Virus record (IMG/VR): IMGVR_UViG_3300020469_000044
Span: 1,334 to 65,333 of that record
Direction: 5' to 3' (one strand)
Source: a virus
Taxonomy: Duplodnaviria > Caudoviricetes
Length of the DNA stretch: 64,000 nucleotides
Below, piece by piece: positions 55,960 through 64,000 of this stretch (its first letter is position 1; each line of letters opens with the position of its first letter). The notes under the pieces were generated by a model that saw only the letters and a program-made list of their open reading frames with translations, had not been told where the DNA came from and did not search any database. Position numbers and translations under genes: made by a program.

Positions 55960-57227
55960 TATTCGTTAATATTTCCTAATCGCTCGTCATTTTCAGAACT
56001 CTTAGGTGGATAAACATTATCCGGTGTTAATGCCCTTTCATTTTCACTTTGTGGAAAAATGTTAGTGCTTTTTAAATCTATTTCAGGAGAAGTATCAGGA
56101 ATTAAATTGTCTCCTATACTTCCTCCAGCTCCACTGCTTATATCTCTTTCATCTTCTCCACTAACAAGCGGCTTAATAGCATTTATAGAACCTGCATTAA
56201 AAGCATCTTGAAGATTTGACAAAGTATTTGCACCATACACATTACCTAAAAGAAGTTTACCTTTTAAATTATCTAAAGCTCTTTCCGCGGCTGCTGTGCC
56301 TGCAGTGATTATTTGATTTCCTGCATCAACTGCAGCTGCCATACCTTTATTTGCTAAATCATTTAATATATCATTATCAAAAGGACTAAGTGGATCAGCA
56401 TCTTTATAATTAAAAGCAGTTAAATACTCGACTTCTGATATTCTGGCACCTTGATAGTAAAAACACATTTTATGTTTTACCGGAGCAGATATATCAACGT
56501 TGCTTATTTCACTAAACATTTTACTACCATTATCCCAATCAAATTTACAATTATCTAAACGCGTAACAAATCTTGGTCCCATGCCTTTAGCTTTCCAATC
56601 TAAAACATCTGAGTCTAATCTATCTTGCATCATCTTATAACCATCAGCCGCCGACATGCTCGTTACAGAGTCTAATGCCGCTTTCCTATCAGCTCCACTC
56701 ATTCCTGCTAATTTTTTGACAGTATCTACATTTGAGTCTGCTCCTATGAAAGGTACAAAATTTCTTATTTCTTGTACATGTACATAAACTCTAAATTTTC
56801 TTAAATTACCAGGTAAAACCTCAACATATCTATTAGTATCTATAACACAGCTTCTATATAAGTCAAATATACCAGCAATTGTAAAATCAAGAGTGTCTAA
56901 ACAATCTATTTCAATTTTAGCATCTGCAAAACCATAAGGGTCTTTTAAAGCTCCATAAGTATGCGCAGCTTCTAGACCTGTAATGCTTTGCCAAAACCAT
57001 GGCATTTCTAAATTAATCTTTTTCAAATACTTTATAAATTGTTCTAGTTTTTGAGCTCTAGCTTCATCTCCATAAACGTCTCTTAAAAAAGCAGCAGCTT
57101 TACCATTAAACAGTGGAGAGCCAGAACCGGTCCAATCAAATATTAAGAAAAAACTTAAAAAGGTAGGTTCATCATATGGATGCCCTCCTTTAGCTTTTGT
57201 AAATTTGTTTTTATTTCCTTTTAACAT
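55959..57227 (-). CDS. putative tail tube initiator/baseplate protein
   Basis: PWFWQSITGL..IEIDCLDTLD..LYR tube-fold-like pattern; baseplate context. Confidence 0.5.
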   Translation of the reverse strand: MLKGNKNKFTKAKGGHPYDEPTFLSFFLIFDWTGSGSPLFNGKAAAFLRDVYGDEARAQKLEQFIKYLKKINLEMPWFWQSITGLEAAHTYGALKDPYGFADAKIEIDCLDTLDFTIAGIFDLYRSCVIDTNRYVEVLPGNLRKFRVYVHVQEIRNFVPFIGADSNVDTVKKLAGMSGADRKAALDSVTSMSAADGYKMMQDRLDSDVLDWKAKGMGPRFVTRLDNCKFDWDNGSKMFSEISNVDISAPVKHKMCFYYQGARISEVEYLTAFNYKDADPLSPFDNDILNDLANKGMAAAVDAGNQIITAGTAAAERALDNLKGKLLLGNVYGANTLSNLQDAFNAGSINAIKPLVSGEDERDISSGAGGSIGDNLIPDTSPEIDLKSTNIFPQSENERALTPDNVYPPKSSENDERLGNINE

Positions 57228-57228
57228 T

Positions 57229-58746
57229 CTATAAATTATTTGCTCTCGTTGGCCATTCTCTTCTTAAGAGAGTTAATCTTTGCGTTAGGGCTTGATCGCC
57301 ATCTGAGTATATATATTCTATTCCACCTACAATATAATGTCCAGTTGTAAAATTGTCTGGTTTTATTGGTGTTTCTTCAGCTTCACCTTCATTTTTACTT
57401 TTAAAAGCTTTGTCATCTACCTTAACTCCTTTTTCTTTTAATTTCTTTTCTTTAGCATCTATAGCTTGAGACTTTTTCTCTTCATATACATACATCATTA
57501 CTGGTATTTTTTGGCACATATAAATACTTGGATTAAAACTATCAAGCTCTACTATTAGTTTCATCTTTTCAAGTTCTTGTAGATTTTGCCAATTATTTAA
57601 TATAGAGTATTTTCTATTTAGGTGTACATTACCCTCTAATGTAAAGTCTTGCATTCTACCTACCCATTTATATTTTGAATGATTATCATATTCATCTTCC
57701 CCTCTTCTACCCTTTAAAGGTTCTTCAATGTCTCTGATATTTTTACTTGTAAATGATTCTACGTCAAATTCAACTAATCTTTCTTCTTCCCATTTAGATG
57801 GATTTGTTTCTTCAAGATCGTCCCACATTTGTAATATTCTTCTATAACCATTTAATAATGATATTTTACTTGAATTATTTTTTAAAGCAAATTGAGATAC
57901 TTTAGCATTAGTTTTATCAAATTGAATATTATTAGTTAAAAGTAATTTTGTTGATATATTGTCTTCATCTTCACTATTCGCATCTTCGCTATAACTTTTA
58001 GAAAGAGATGTAAAGTTTTCTTGCATACTTTCAATGCTTACGTTTTCAGAATTAAAAATACGATTTATCTCTACAAAGTTTAAATTATAATACTGATCTA
58101 TATAAAAGGTTTGAAAGCTTTCTTCATTCACATACGAAGAGCTAACTACGTCTTTTATATATGTAAGAGAAGTATCATAAGATTGTATTCTATTCTGGAC
58201 ATCTGATGTAGAGTCTACATTTGTTGCTAAACCGAGTTTTAATTTAGATGCTATTTCTTCAAGATGGCCTAAACTTGTATTTTCACTATAAAATACACAA
58301 TCTTCACTGAATAAACCAGGTATTTTACAATTACCTGAAAAGCTATATTCCTTTTGACTACTAGGTAAACCTTTAGTTGGAGAGTTTATTGAAGTAATAT
58401 TAAAATCCATATGGATACTTTTAAAAGTATCCTGATTTTTAGAATTAATATAGATTGTAATTACATCTCCATCTCTTGGATATTGGTCTATGTCAAAAAA
58501 ACCTTGACTATCTTTTACCGTAATAGAAATAGTAGGGTATTTTTTATTGATGCCAACTATTAATCTAAAAGATAATATATCTTTGCTATCAAATAAATAA
58601 CCATTGATTATAATTCTAGGAACGTTAGTTCCAAAGCTTTTAGTAGTTTTATCTCCACCATCACCTTCATTACCTCCTTCTAACTTAACCTCAGTTGGCC
58701 TAATCGTAGGCTCTATCACAGACAATATATTATTATTTAACTCCAT
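57229..58746 (-). CDS. putative baseplate hub protein (gp27-like)
   Basis: FYIDQYYNLNFVE and terminal TGHYIVGGIEY..LTLLRREW; lies between the gp53-like and spike genes. Confidence 0.6.
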   Translation of the reverse strand: MELNNNILSVIEPTIRPTEVKLEGGNEGDGGDKTTKSFGTNVPRIIINGYLFDSKDILSFRLIVGINKKYPTISITVKDSQGFFDIDQYPRDGDVITIYINSKNQDTFKSIHMDFNITSINSPTKGLPSSQKEYSFSGNCKIPGLFSEDCVFYSENTSLGHLEEIASKLKLGLATNVDSTSDVQNRIQSYDTSLTYIKDVVSSSYVNEESFQTFYIDQYYNLNFVEINRIFNSENVSIESMQENFTSLSKSYSEDANSEDEDNISTKLLLTNNIQFDKTNAKVSQFALKNNSSKISLLNGYRRILQMWDDLEETNPSKWEEERLVEFDVESFTSKNIRDIEEPLKGRRGEDEYDNHSKYKWVGRMQDFTLEGNVHLNRKYSILNNWQNLQELEKMKLIVELDSFNPSIYMCQKIPVMMYVYEEKKSQAIDAKEKKLKEKGVKVDDKAFKSKNEGEAEETPIKPDNFTTGHYIVGGIEYIYSDGDQALTQRLTLLRREWPTRANNL

Positions 58747-58762
58747 ATATTATTTATCTTGA

Positions 58763-59689
58763 TTATTTTCCTTCGTATTTAGAAAATGTAACGGTTTGAG
58801 TTGTTTCAGAAGAACCATCTGACTTTACAATAGTTTTAGTAACGGTTTTAGTTACCTTATCACCTTCAATCTGCTCAGACTGATTTACTGATTGATTTCC
58901 TATTTTATTACCATTTTCATCTAATGCACTTGACATGTTAGTTGAAAAATTAGAGGTTGACGCAACATCAGAACCTATTACTGTACCATCAAACGTAGTT
59001 GCAAGTTTTATTGCATCCTTTGAGCTAATTCCACTATTTTCTATTTTAGCAATTTCAGCGTCTGTTAATTTTTCAGATTTATTACTTTGTAATTTATTTG
59101 CAATAGAATCTGCAATAGAATCTGCGACAGGATCTGAAATTGATTGTTTTTCTGTTTTTTTAACTGAATAGTTAGATTCAGGAGTTCCAACACCCATGCC
59201 CATCTTTGTGGTTGTAGTTCCGTCTGCGTTTTTAATTATTTCAGAATTGCTAAAACCAGATTTTAACATATTCGGTGGAAGTACCTCTTTAATCTTATAT
59301 TTCTTTTTAAGGAAGTCAAGTCTTCTTTGATCTTTTTTAGTCAATTTTTTACCATCTATAAATGATTGTCTAACTATATTATCGATTGCTCCGTCAGGTC
59401 TTTCTAGTTTTACAATTAAAGAATTTTCAACAGGTATTTTTAAAACGTCGCCTTCATTAATTGAAAAAGGATCAGATATGCCGTTAAATTTTAAAATATA
59501 TTCAATGTCTGCACCGCCATCTGCACCATATTGATCTTCAGCAATAAGGTCTATTCTACCAGCATCATCTGCTCTAACCTCATATTCAGTAAATGGCACT
59601 TCTTCTTTATCTTTAAAAATAAAAGTAGGCTGTGTCAATATTAATTTGCCACCTTCAATAATTTTATCTATAACCGTTTTAAAATTCAT
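58763..59689 (-). CDS. baseplate wedge gp53/LysM-like protein
   Basis: RIDLIA..QYG...ILKFNGISDPFSINEGDVLKIP. Confidence 0.75.
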   Translation of the reverse strand: MNFKTVIDKIIEGGKLILTQPTFIFKDKEEVPFTEYEVRADDAGRIDLIAEDQYGADGGADIEYILKFNGISDPFSINEGDVLKIPVENSLIVKLERPDGAIDNIVRQSFIDGKKLTKKDQRRLDFLKKKYKIKEVLPPNMLKSGFSNSEIIKNADGTTTTKMGMGVGTPESNYSVKKTEKQSISDPVADSIADSIANKLQSNKSEKLTDAEIAKIENSGISSKDAIKLATTFDGTVIGSDVASTSNFSTNMSSALDENGNKIGNQSVNQSEQIEGDKVTKTVTKTIVKSDGSSETTQTVTFSKYEGK

Positions 59690-61407
59690 TATCCATTTGC
59701 ATATTTTGCAGCCTTTTTAAAGAAGGCTTTTGCTTGAGCATTTTGTCCATTATCTTTATTACCATACGCGCTTACATCAAACGATTCAGTAGGATCTATT
59801 ACTCCTTTTTCTGGTAAATATAATCTACCTTTACCTGCATTAAACATTGATTCAATATCAGACTTATCTCTAGGTCTGTTTGGTTGCAATTGAACTGTAA
59901 CCTTTAGTTTTGTAGGAAAGTCTTCATAACCTAAAGGACCATCAAATTGAAAGTCAGTTTTAGTACAACCTAAATTTCCAATAACGGCAATAGGGTTTAA
60001 TGGATTTCCAATTGTTAGGTGCCATTGACCAGTTGATTCACCTGTTAAAAATGCGTTCGCAACTTGTCCACCTTGTGGTCCACCAAATAATTCCATCAAT
60101 CCACCTCCTAAAACATTATTAAGTACTTTACTATCTCCCATTTTAGATAAATCATCCATGATGTTACCAAAACCTTTTCCAATGTCTTTCATTACACTAC
60201 CTAAAAAACCCTTATAATCTCCTTTTTGTAATAGTGCAAGGTTTCCAAAAGGTTTTCCAATATGTTTACCACCTCCTGCATATCTTAAACCACCTCCCCA
60301 AAAAGGAGCGTTATTATAAGTTAGTAATAATAAATTAGCGAGTACATCTAAAAAAGCAACTTTAGGACTTGTGTTAGGAATACCTTTTAAATTATATTCA
60401 AAAACTATACTAAAGCTTTGGTCAAAAGTTAAACCACTATCTCTAACTTGCATGCTATTTATAATATTAAGAGGTGCAAATGTATGATTAGGGTATGTTT
60501 GTTTTAAAGGGTCCCAGTTGTCTCCTTGTGCAAGTCTTCTTTTTGTTTGTGCAGCACTTTCTCCTTTTAGGGCTCCTTGTATTTGTTGAGATTTTGGAAG
60601 TCCATCTAAAAAACCACCTACAAACCCTCTATCTCTTGGTTTAGAATCTATTGTTTGAATATTAGCTTCTGCACTTTTCCACTTAAAACCTACGCTAAAT
60701 TTTAATATATCGTTTAAATTATTACCTGCGCTTTCTCCCATCCAAGTCACGGCCTGTGCAAGGGCAGGTTGAATATTTGCTATTTTCTTTTGTTCCTTTG
60801 CACTATAAACCATTGGATTTATAATATTATCTTCAGCTGGAAATGGAAACCTTCTTAAAGTTAACATGTAGTTATTAGGTATTTTTCCATAATATTTACA
60901 AAAGACAAAATCTTTTTGTGAATATGTATAGCTAACAGATTTATTGCATTTTTCTACTAAAATATTTGCAGTAGGATTTAAGTATTGGTTATTAGCTCCT
61001 CTACTTTCTCCTAATACAGCTTTATTATAGTCCACACTATTCCCTTCACCTCTATATTTTAATAAAGACCAAGTGTTTTGTTTACTTCTAACAGCAGCTT
61101 CTCCATCTATGTTTGTTTTTCCATCTTGCGCCTTGTATCTGGCAGACGTAGACTTATCAGTATATAACCCTTTATCGCTTTTAAGATCTATATCAGTATT
61201 TCCTTGTTTTAAAAATAAAGCTCCTAGTTTTTGTTCTAAATCACCATCAGATGGATTTCCCTTAGCACCTTTAATTTTACCTGTAAAGTTTTCGTTAAAC
61301 CCTGTTTCTAAATTAGTGTAAATAAAATTACCTGTGTCTGAAACCGCTTCAAATGCATAATTGGCAGCATCTTGGCCTGCCTGTAAAGCCGCTAATAAAA
61401 TTGGCAT
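59689..61407 (-). CDS. putative baseplate tail-tube cap (gp48-like)
   Basis: WHLTIGNPLNPI..IGN, FPTKLKVTVQL; GATATATAA at 61427-61435. Confidence 0.55.
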   Translation of the reverse strand: MPILLAALQAGQDAANYAFEAVSDTGNFIYTNLETGFNENFTGKIKGAKGNPSDGDLEQKLGALFLKQGNTDIDLKSDKGLYTDKSTSARYKAQDGKTNIDGEAAVRSKQNTWSLLKYRGEGNSVDYNKAVLGESRGANNQYLNPTANILVEKCNKSVSYTYSQKDFVFCKYYGKIPNNYMLTLRRFPFPAEDNIINPMVYSAKEQKKIANIQPALAQAVTWMGESAGNNLNDILKFSVGFKWKSAEANIQTIDSKPRDRGFVGGFLDGLPKSQQIQGALKGESAAQTKRRLAQGDNWDPLKQTYPNHTFAPLNIINSMQVRDSGLTFDQSFSIVFEYNLKGIPNTSPKVAFLDVLANLLLLTYNNAPFWGGGLRYAGGGKHIGKPFGNLALLQKGDYKGFLGSVMKDIGKGFGNIMDDLSKMGDSKVLNNVLGGGLMELFGGPQGGQVANAFLTGESTGQWHLTIGNPLNPIAVIGNLGCTKTDFQFDGPLGYEDFPTKLKVTVQLQPNRPRDKSDIESMFNAGKGRLYLPEKGVIDPTESFDVSAYGNKDNGQNAQAKAFFKKAAKYANG

Positions 61408-61444
61408 AAAATGTTTTAATTTTTATTTATATATCACTTAAAGT

Positions 61445-62038
61445 TTAGACGTGTTTGTCTAAATCTCTAATATCAGTAGATGTAAGAAAATCATTCCACC
61501 ATTTATCTGATTGAGGTGATCGTTCGCCAAAGAACTTTTTAAGTGACTTCTTGAACATGTCTTTAGTATGATAATAAAATCTGCCATATCTATATTCTTT
61601 TCTTCTGGTCATCTCGTATAGTTCTCTTAGATTTTTTTGTATCATAAATGTTTGTATCTTATTAAAAAAGTCAACTTGTTCTTTTCTAGTTTTGCAACAA
61701 TATACACTATCAACTACAATTAAATAACCTTGCCAATTATCACCATTAAATACTTTTTCTACAAACTCTTCTATTGTTTTATAATTAGTCCTTGTAAATT
61801 TCCATCTACTATCTTTACCATCAAAATTTTGTAACGTGCGGCCTTTAAATAAATATCGCTTTAAGAACGCAATATCATCATACATTTTATCTACTTTAAT
61901 TTGATATTGAGGATTGTACTCATCAAATTTAGTATCGTAAATTGTGCCTCTAACTGGAAATAATATATTTGGGTTTGTTGTTGAATGTATTAGGGCATGA
62001 ATTCTTTCTCCTTTTGAAAATATTCTATGTCTTATCAT
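61445..62038 (-). CDS. hypothetical protein
   Basis: 197-aa ORF in a coupled operon. Confidence 0.75.
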   Translation of the reverse strand: MIRHRIFSKGERIHALIHSTTNPNILFPVRGTIYDTKFDEYNPQYQIKVDKMYDDIAFLKRYLFKGRTLQNFDGKDSRWKFTRTNYKTIEEFVEKVFNGDNWQGYLIVVDSVYCCKTRKEQVDFFNKIQTFMIQKNLRELYEMTRRKEYRYGRFYYHTKDMFKKSLKKFFGERSPQSDKWWNDFLTSTDIRDLDKHV

Positions 62039-62474
62039 TGTCTACAATTCTAACATTGTCGAATTTACTTAATACTCTAGGGTCTAAACCTTCTTCTCTA
62101 TTAATAACTACTAAATCAAATTCAACTCCATCTGCTATCTCACTAATAAAGTTTTTAAAATTCAGTACATTTTCTTGATTTAAGTTTTTAAGAAGATATG
62201 TAACTTTTGCAGTTTGATCTTCTTCAACTTCTTCTTCTACTCTCTTATTTTTGTTAACAAGATTTCGTATTAATTTTTGTATATGTAAAGCTACTAAAGT
62301 CTCAGATGGAGTATTTCCATAAGGATCGCTTTTAGAAAGTCTATCTCCAATTTCGTTATATGAAATTATTTGATTTTTAAACTTATCATAATCTTCTGCC
62401 TTTTTAGTTTCTCTTGCAAATCTATTAAAGTCAGTCTTAGTCTTACACCATATACATTCTACCTTAAGATTCAT
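62025..62474 (-). CDS. hypothetical protein
   Basis: 149-aa ORF overlapping its neighbours. Confidence 0.75.
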   Translation of the reverse strand: MNLKVECIWCKTKTDFNRFARETKKAEDYDKFKNQIISYNEIGDRLSKSDPYGNTPSETLVALHIQKLIRNLVNKNKRVEEEVEEDQTAKVTYLLKNLNQENVLNFKNFISEIADGVEFDLVVINREEGLDPRVLSKFDNVRIVDNDKT

Positions 62475-62802
62475 ATTTTTTAAGTTCTTTTTTATATTTC
62501 CCTAAGAGCCTCTCAGCTCCCATGATACTTGTCTCTAATTCCTTCTTTGTCATTAATGACATATCCTTTGGTTTTTTATAGAGATGTATATTAAGTCTTT
62601 TTTGGTCTTTAATATTACCAAGGTTTAACCCAATATCTAAACAAAGATCTTTTAAAAACTTAATTCTTTTTTCATAATCAGGGTCTTCGTCAAAAACATA
62701 AAGCGTTTTTGAAACATTTATTTGGTCTGCCCCGTTATAATTATCATCTTCAATAACTTTAACAACTCCGTTGTCTCCTATATCTAATAATACCGTAATC
62801 AT
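62464..62802 (-). CDS. hypothetical protein
   Basis: 112-aa coupled ORF. Confidence 0.7.
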   Translation of the reverse strand: MITVLLDIGDNGVVKVIEDDNYNGADQINVSKTLYVFDEDPDYEKRIKFLKDLCLDIGLNLGNIKDQKRLNIHLYKKPKDMSLMTKKELETSIMGAERLLGKYKKELKKYES

Positions 62803-63167
62803 TATTTAGTTCGCTTTGCTCTTAATGCTTCTGCTTCTTTAGTCAGTCTTTTAGCATCTTTTTTATCTTGTTGATAACTATCTTTATCCTTTACTGTTCT
62901 TAAAACCCATGCCTCTGACAATAATTCAATTTCCTTAGCTTCCCAACCGTTATCTTCTAATTGTTTTTTATACTCAGCATTCTTATTTTCTATACTTTCT
63001 CTCCACAGTCTTTCATTTTCTTCAACCATATTCCTATGTTTAGTTTTACCTTCGTTACTAAGTTGTTGAGAAATTTGTCTTCTTGTAGGATCCATGTATG
63101 TTCTTGAACTCTTATTTTTAAGAATTCCCATAGATCTATATGCTTTTCTTCTTTGCTGTCTGTTCAT
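62802..63167 (-). CDS. basic helical hypothetical protein (MNRQQRR start)
   Basis: 121-aa coupled ORF. Confidence 0.7.
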   Translation of the reverse strand: MNRQQRRKAYRSMGILKNKSSRTYMDPTRRQISQQLSNEGKTKHRNMVEENERLWRESIENKNAEYKKQLEDNGWEAKEIELLSEAWVLRTVKDKDSYQQDKKDAKRLTKEAEALRAKRTK

Positions 63168-63747
63168 AGTATTGTTTTTGAATAAAGTTTTCTACTTCTT
63201 TGTTTAATTGTGATTCTATATTATTTATCTGTTTTTTTACAAGCTTCACTAGACCTCGTCTCAGTTCATCTTCTTCAACATCAAACTCAAGTGCCTTTAT
63301 GATTGTTTTACTTGGTATACTTACATTCAAACTAATATCAAATTTAGTTTTGTTCTTTTTACTAAGCTTTTCTAAAACACTAACCATAATTTCGTCAGGG
63401 TCAAAGGCGTTTTTTACCTTTTCTTTTATAGGTTCTAGAGCCTTTACCTTTTTAGATTCTTCAGCACCTGCTTGTTTTATTGTCCCTACTGGACTTAATA
63501 TTTTAGAAATATTTTCAGCTTCTTCCATTGAAGTAGCTCTACTTAAAAACTCATCTATTAAATTAGGATTTATTCTACTGCCATCTGTGAAATACGTCCA
63601 ACCATCTTTAGTTTCTTTTTCAACTACAATTTTACCTATTCTTTCAGACTTTTGCCAAACATAAACATTAGCATCTTTTTCTTCTGACATATTTTCAGTT
63701 TTTATATTATATTCACCTTTATTAAAAAGTTTATTAAACAGCCGCAT
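63136..63747 (-). CDS. hypothetical protein
   Basis: 203-aa ORF; alternative start ATG 63690. Confidence 0.7.
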   Translation of the reverse strand: MRLFNKLFNKGEYNIKTENMSEEKDANVYVWQKSERIGKIVVEKETKDGWTYFTDGSRINPNLIDEFLSRATSMEEAENISKILSPVGTIKQAGAEESKKVKALEPIKEKVKNAFDPDEIMVSVLEKLSKKNKTKFDISLNVSIPSKTIIKALEFDVEEDELRRGLVKLVKKQINNIESQLNKEVENFIQKQYYEQTAKKKSI

Positions 63748-63768
63748 TGAATATAATAGTTAATAAAA

Positions 63769-63957
63769 TTATTGCTTAATAGTTCTTTTCTTATTATAAC
63801 CTTTATATAGAATTTGATTAACAATATCAACACTCTCTGCACAGCCGGTTAAACTACTATATTTTTTATATCTTTTAAAAATTGTGTTTTCACCTTGTTC
63901 TTCTATTAATTTCTTTAACTCTTTAGGTTCTGGCAAATGTGTTCTAATATATGTCAT
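63769..63957 (-). CDS. small hypothetical protein
   Basis: 62-aa ORF with ATG start. Confidence 0.6.
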   Translation of the reverse strand: MTYIRTHLPEPKELKKLIEEQGENTIFKRYKKYSSLTGCAESVDIVNQILYKGYNKKRTIKQ

Positions 63958-64000
63958 ATCTTATTTTAATTTTTTTATTCTATTTTTAAAGTTATCTGGA

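Noticed and set aside
59098-59125. 12-bp tandem duplication encoding ADSIADSIA
   Set aside because: Trivial in-frame slippage in a low-complexity linker
222-63664. All plus-strand ORFs in the six-frame track (e.g. 26287-26613, 63200-63664)
   Set aside because: Antisense shadows of strong minus-strand genes or intergenic noise; S/F/L-rich composition and no recognisable motifs
1-64000. Stop-codon reassignment (alternative genetic code)
   Set aside because: Conserved genes are full length under code 11, and TAG/TGA stops coincide with expected gene ends

Overview
A 64-kb, strongly AT-rich segment of a large T4-like myovirus (jumbo-phage type) genome. Essentially all genes are on the minus strand, and standard code 11 fits. 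Host-type promoter shape and the lack of Shine-Dalgarno motifs suggest a Bacteroidota/Flavobacteriia host (inference). In transcription order (right to left): unknown genes; a baseplate/neck/tail cluster (gp48/gp53/gp27/gp54/gp5/gp13/gp25/gp6-like plus large virion proteins) that also contains a ribosomal protein S1-like gene and an amidoligase; a RuvC-like resolvase; gp32 SSB, gp61 primase, UvsY and UvsW; a ~13-kb block of putative head-packaged proteins sharing T4-like capsid-targeting leaders and repeated [LIV]-x-E protease-site linkers, including a 1104-aa modular polyprotein, two RNA-ligase-fold proteins and an HxGH nucleotidyltransferase; a ~0.45-kb ORF-free, heavily base-paired region with its own promoter (candidate large ncRNA); a 23-aa Cys-rich metallothionein-like ORF; a DNA-modification-like module (DUF6378, GT-B glycosyltransferase, dNTP pyrophosphatase); a family-B DNA polymerase split into two genes flanking nrdB-nrdA-clamp; and UvsX. 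Three recurring promoter-like motifs are visible. All functional calls come from motif recognition by eye; no database searches were run.
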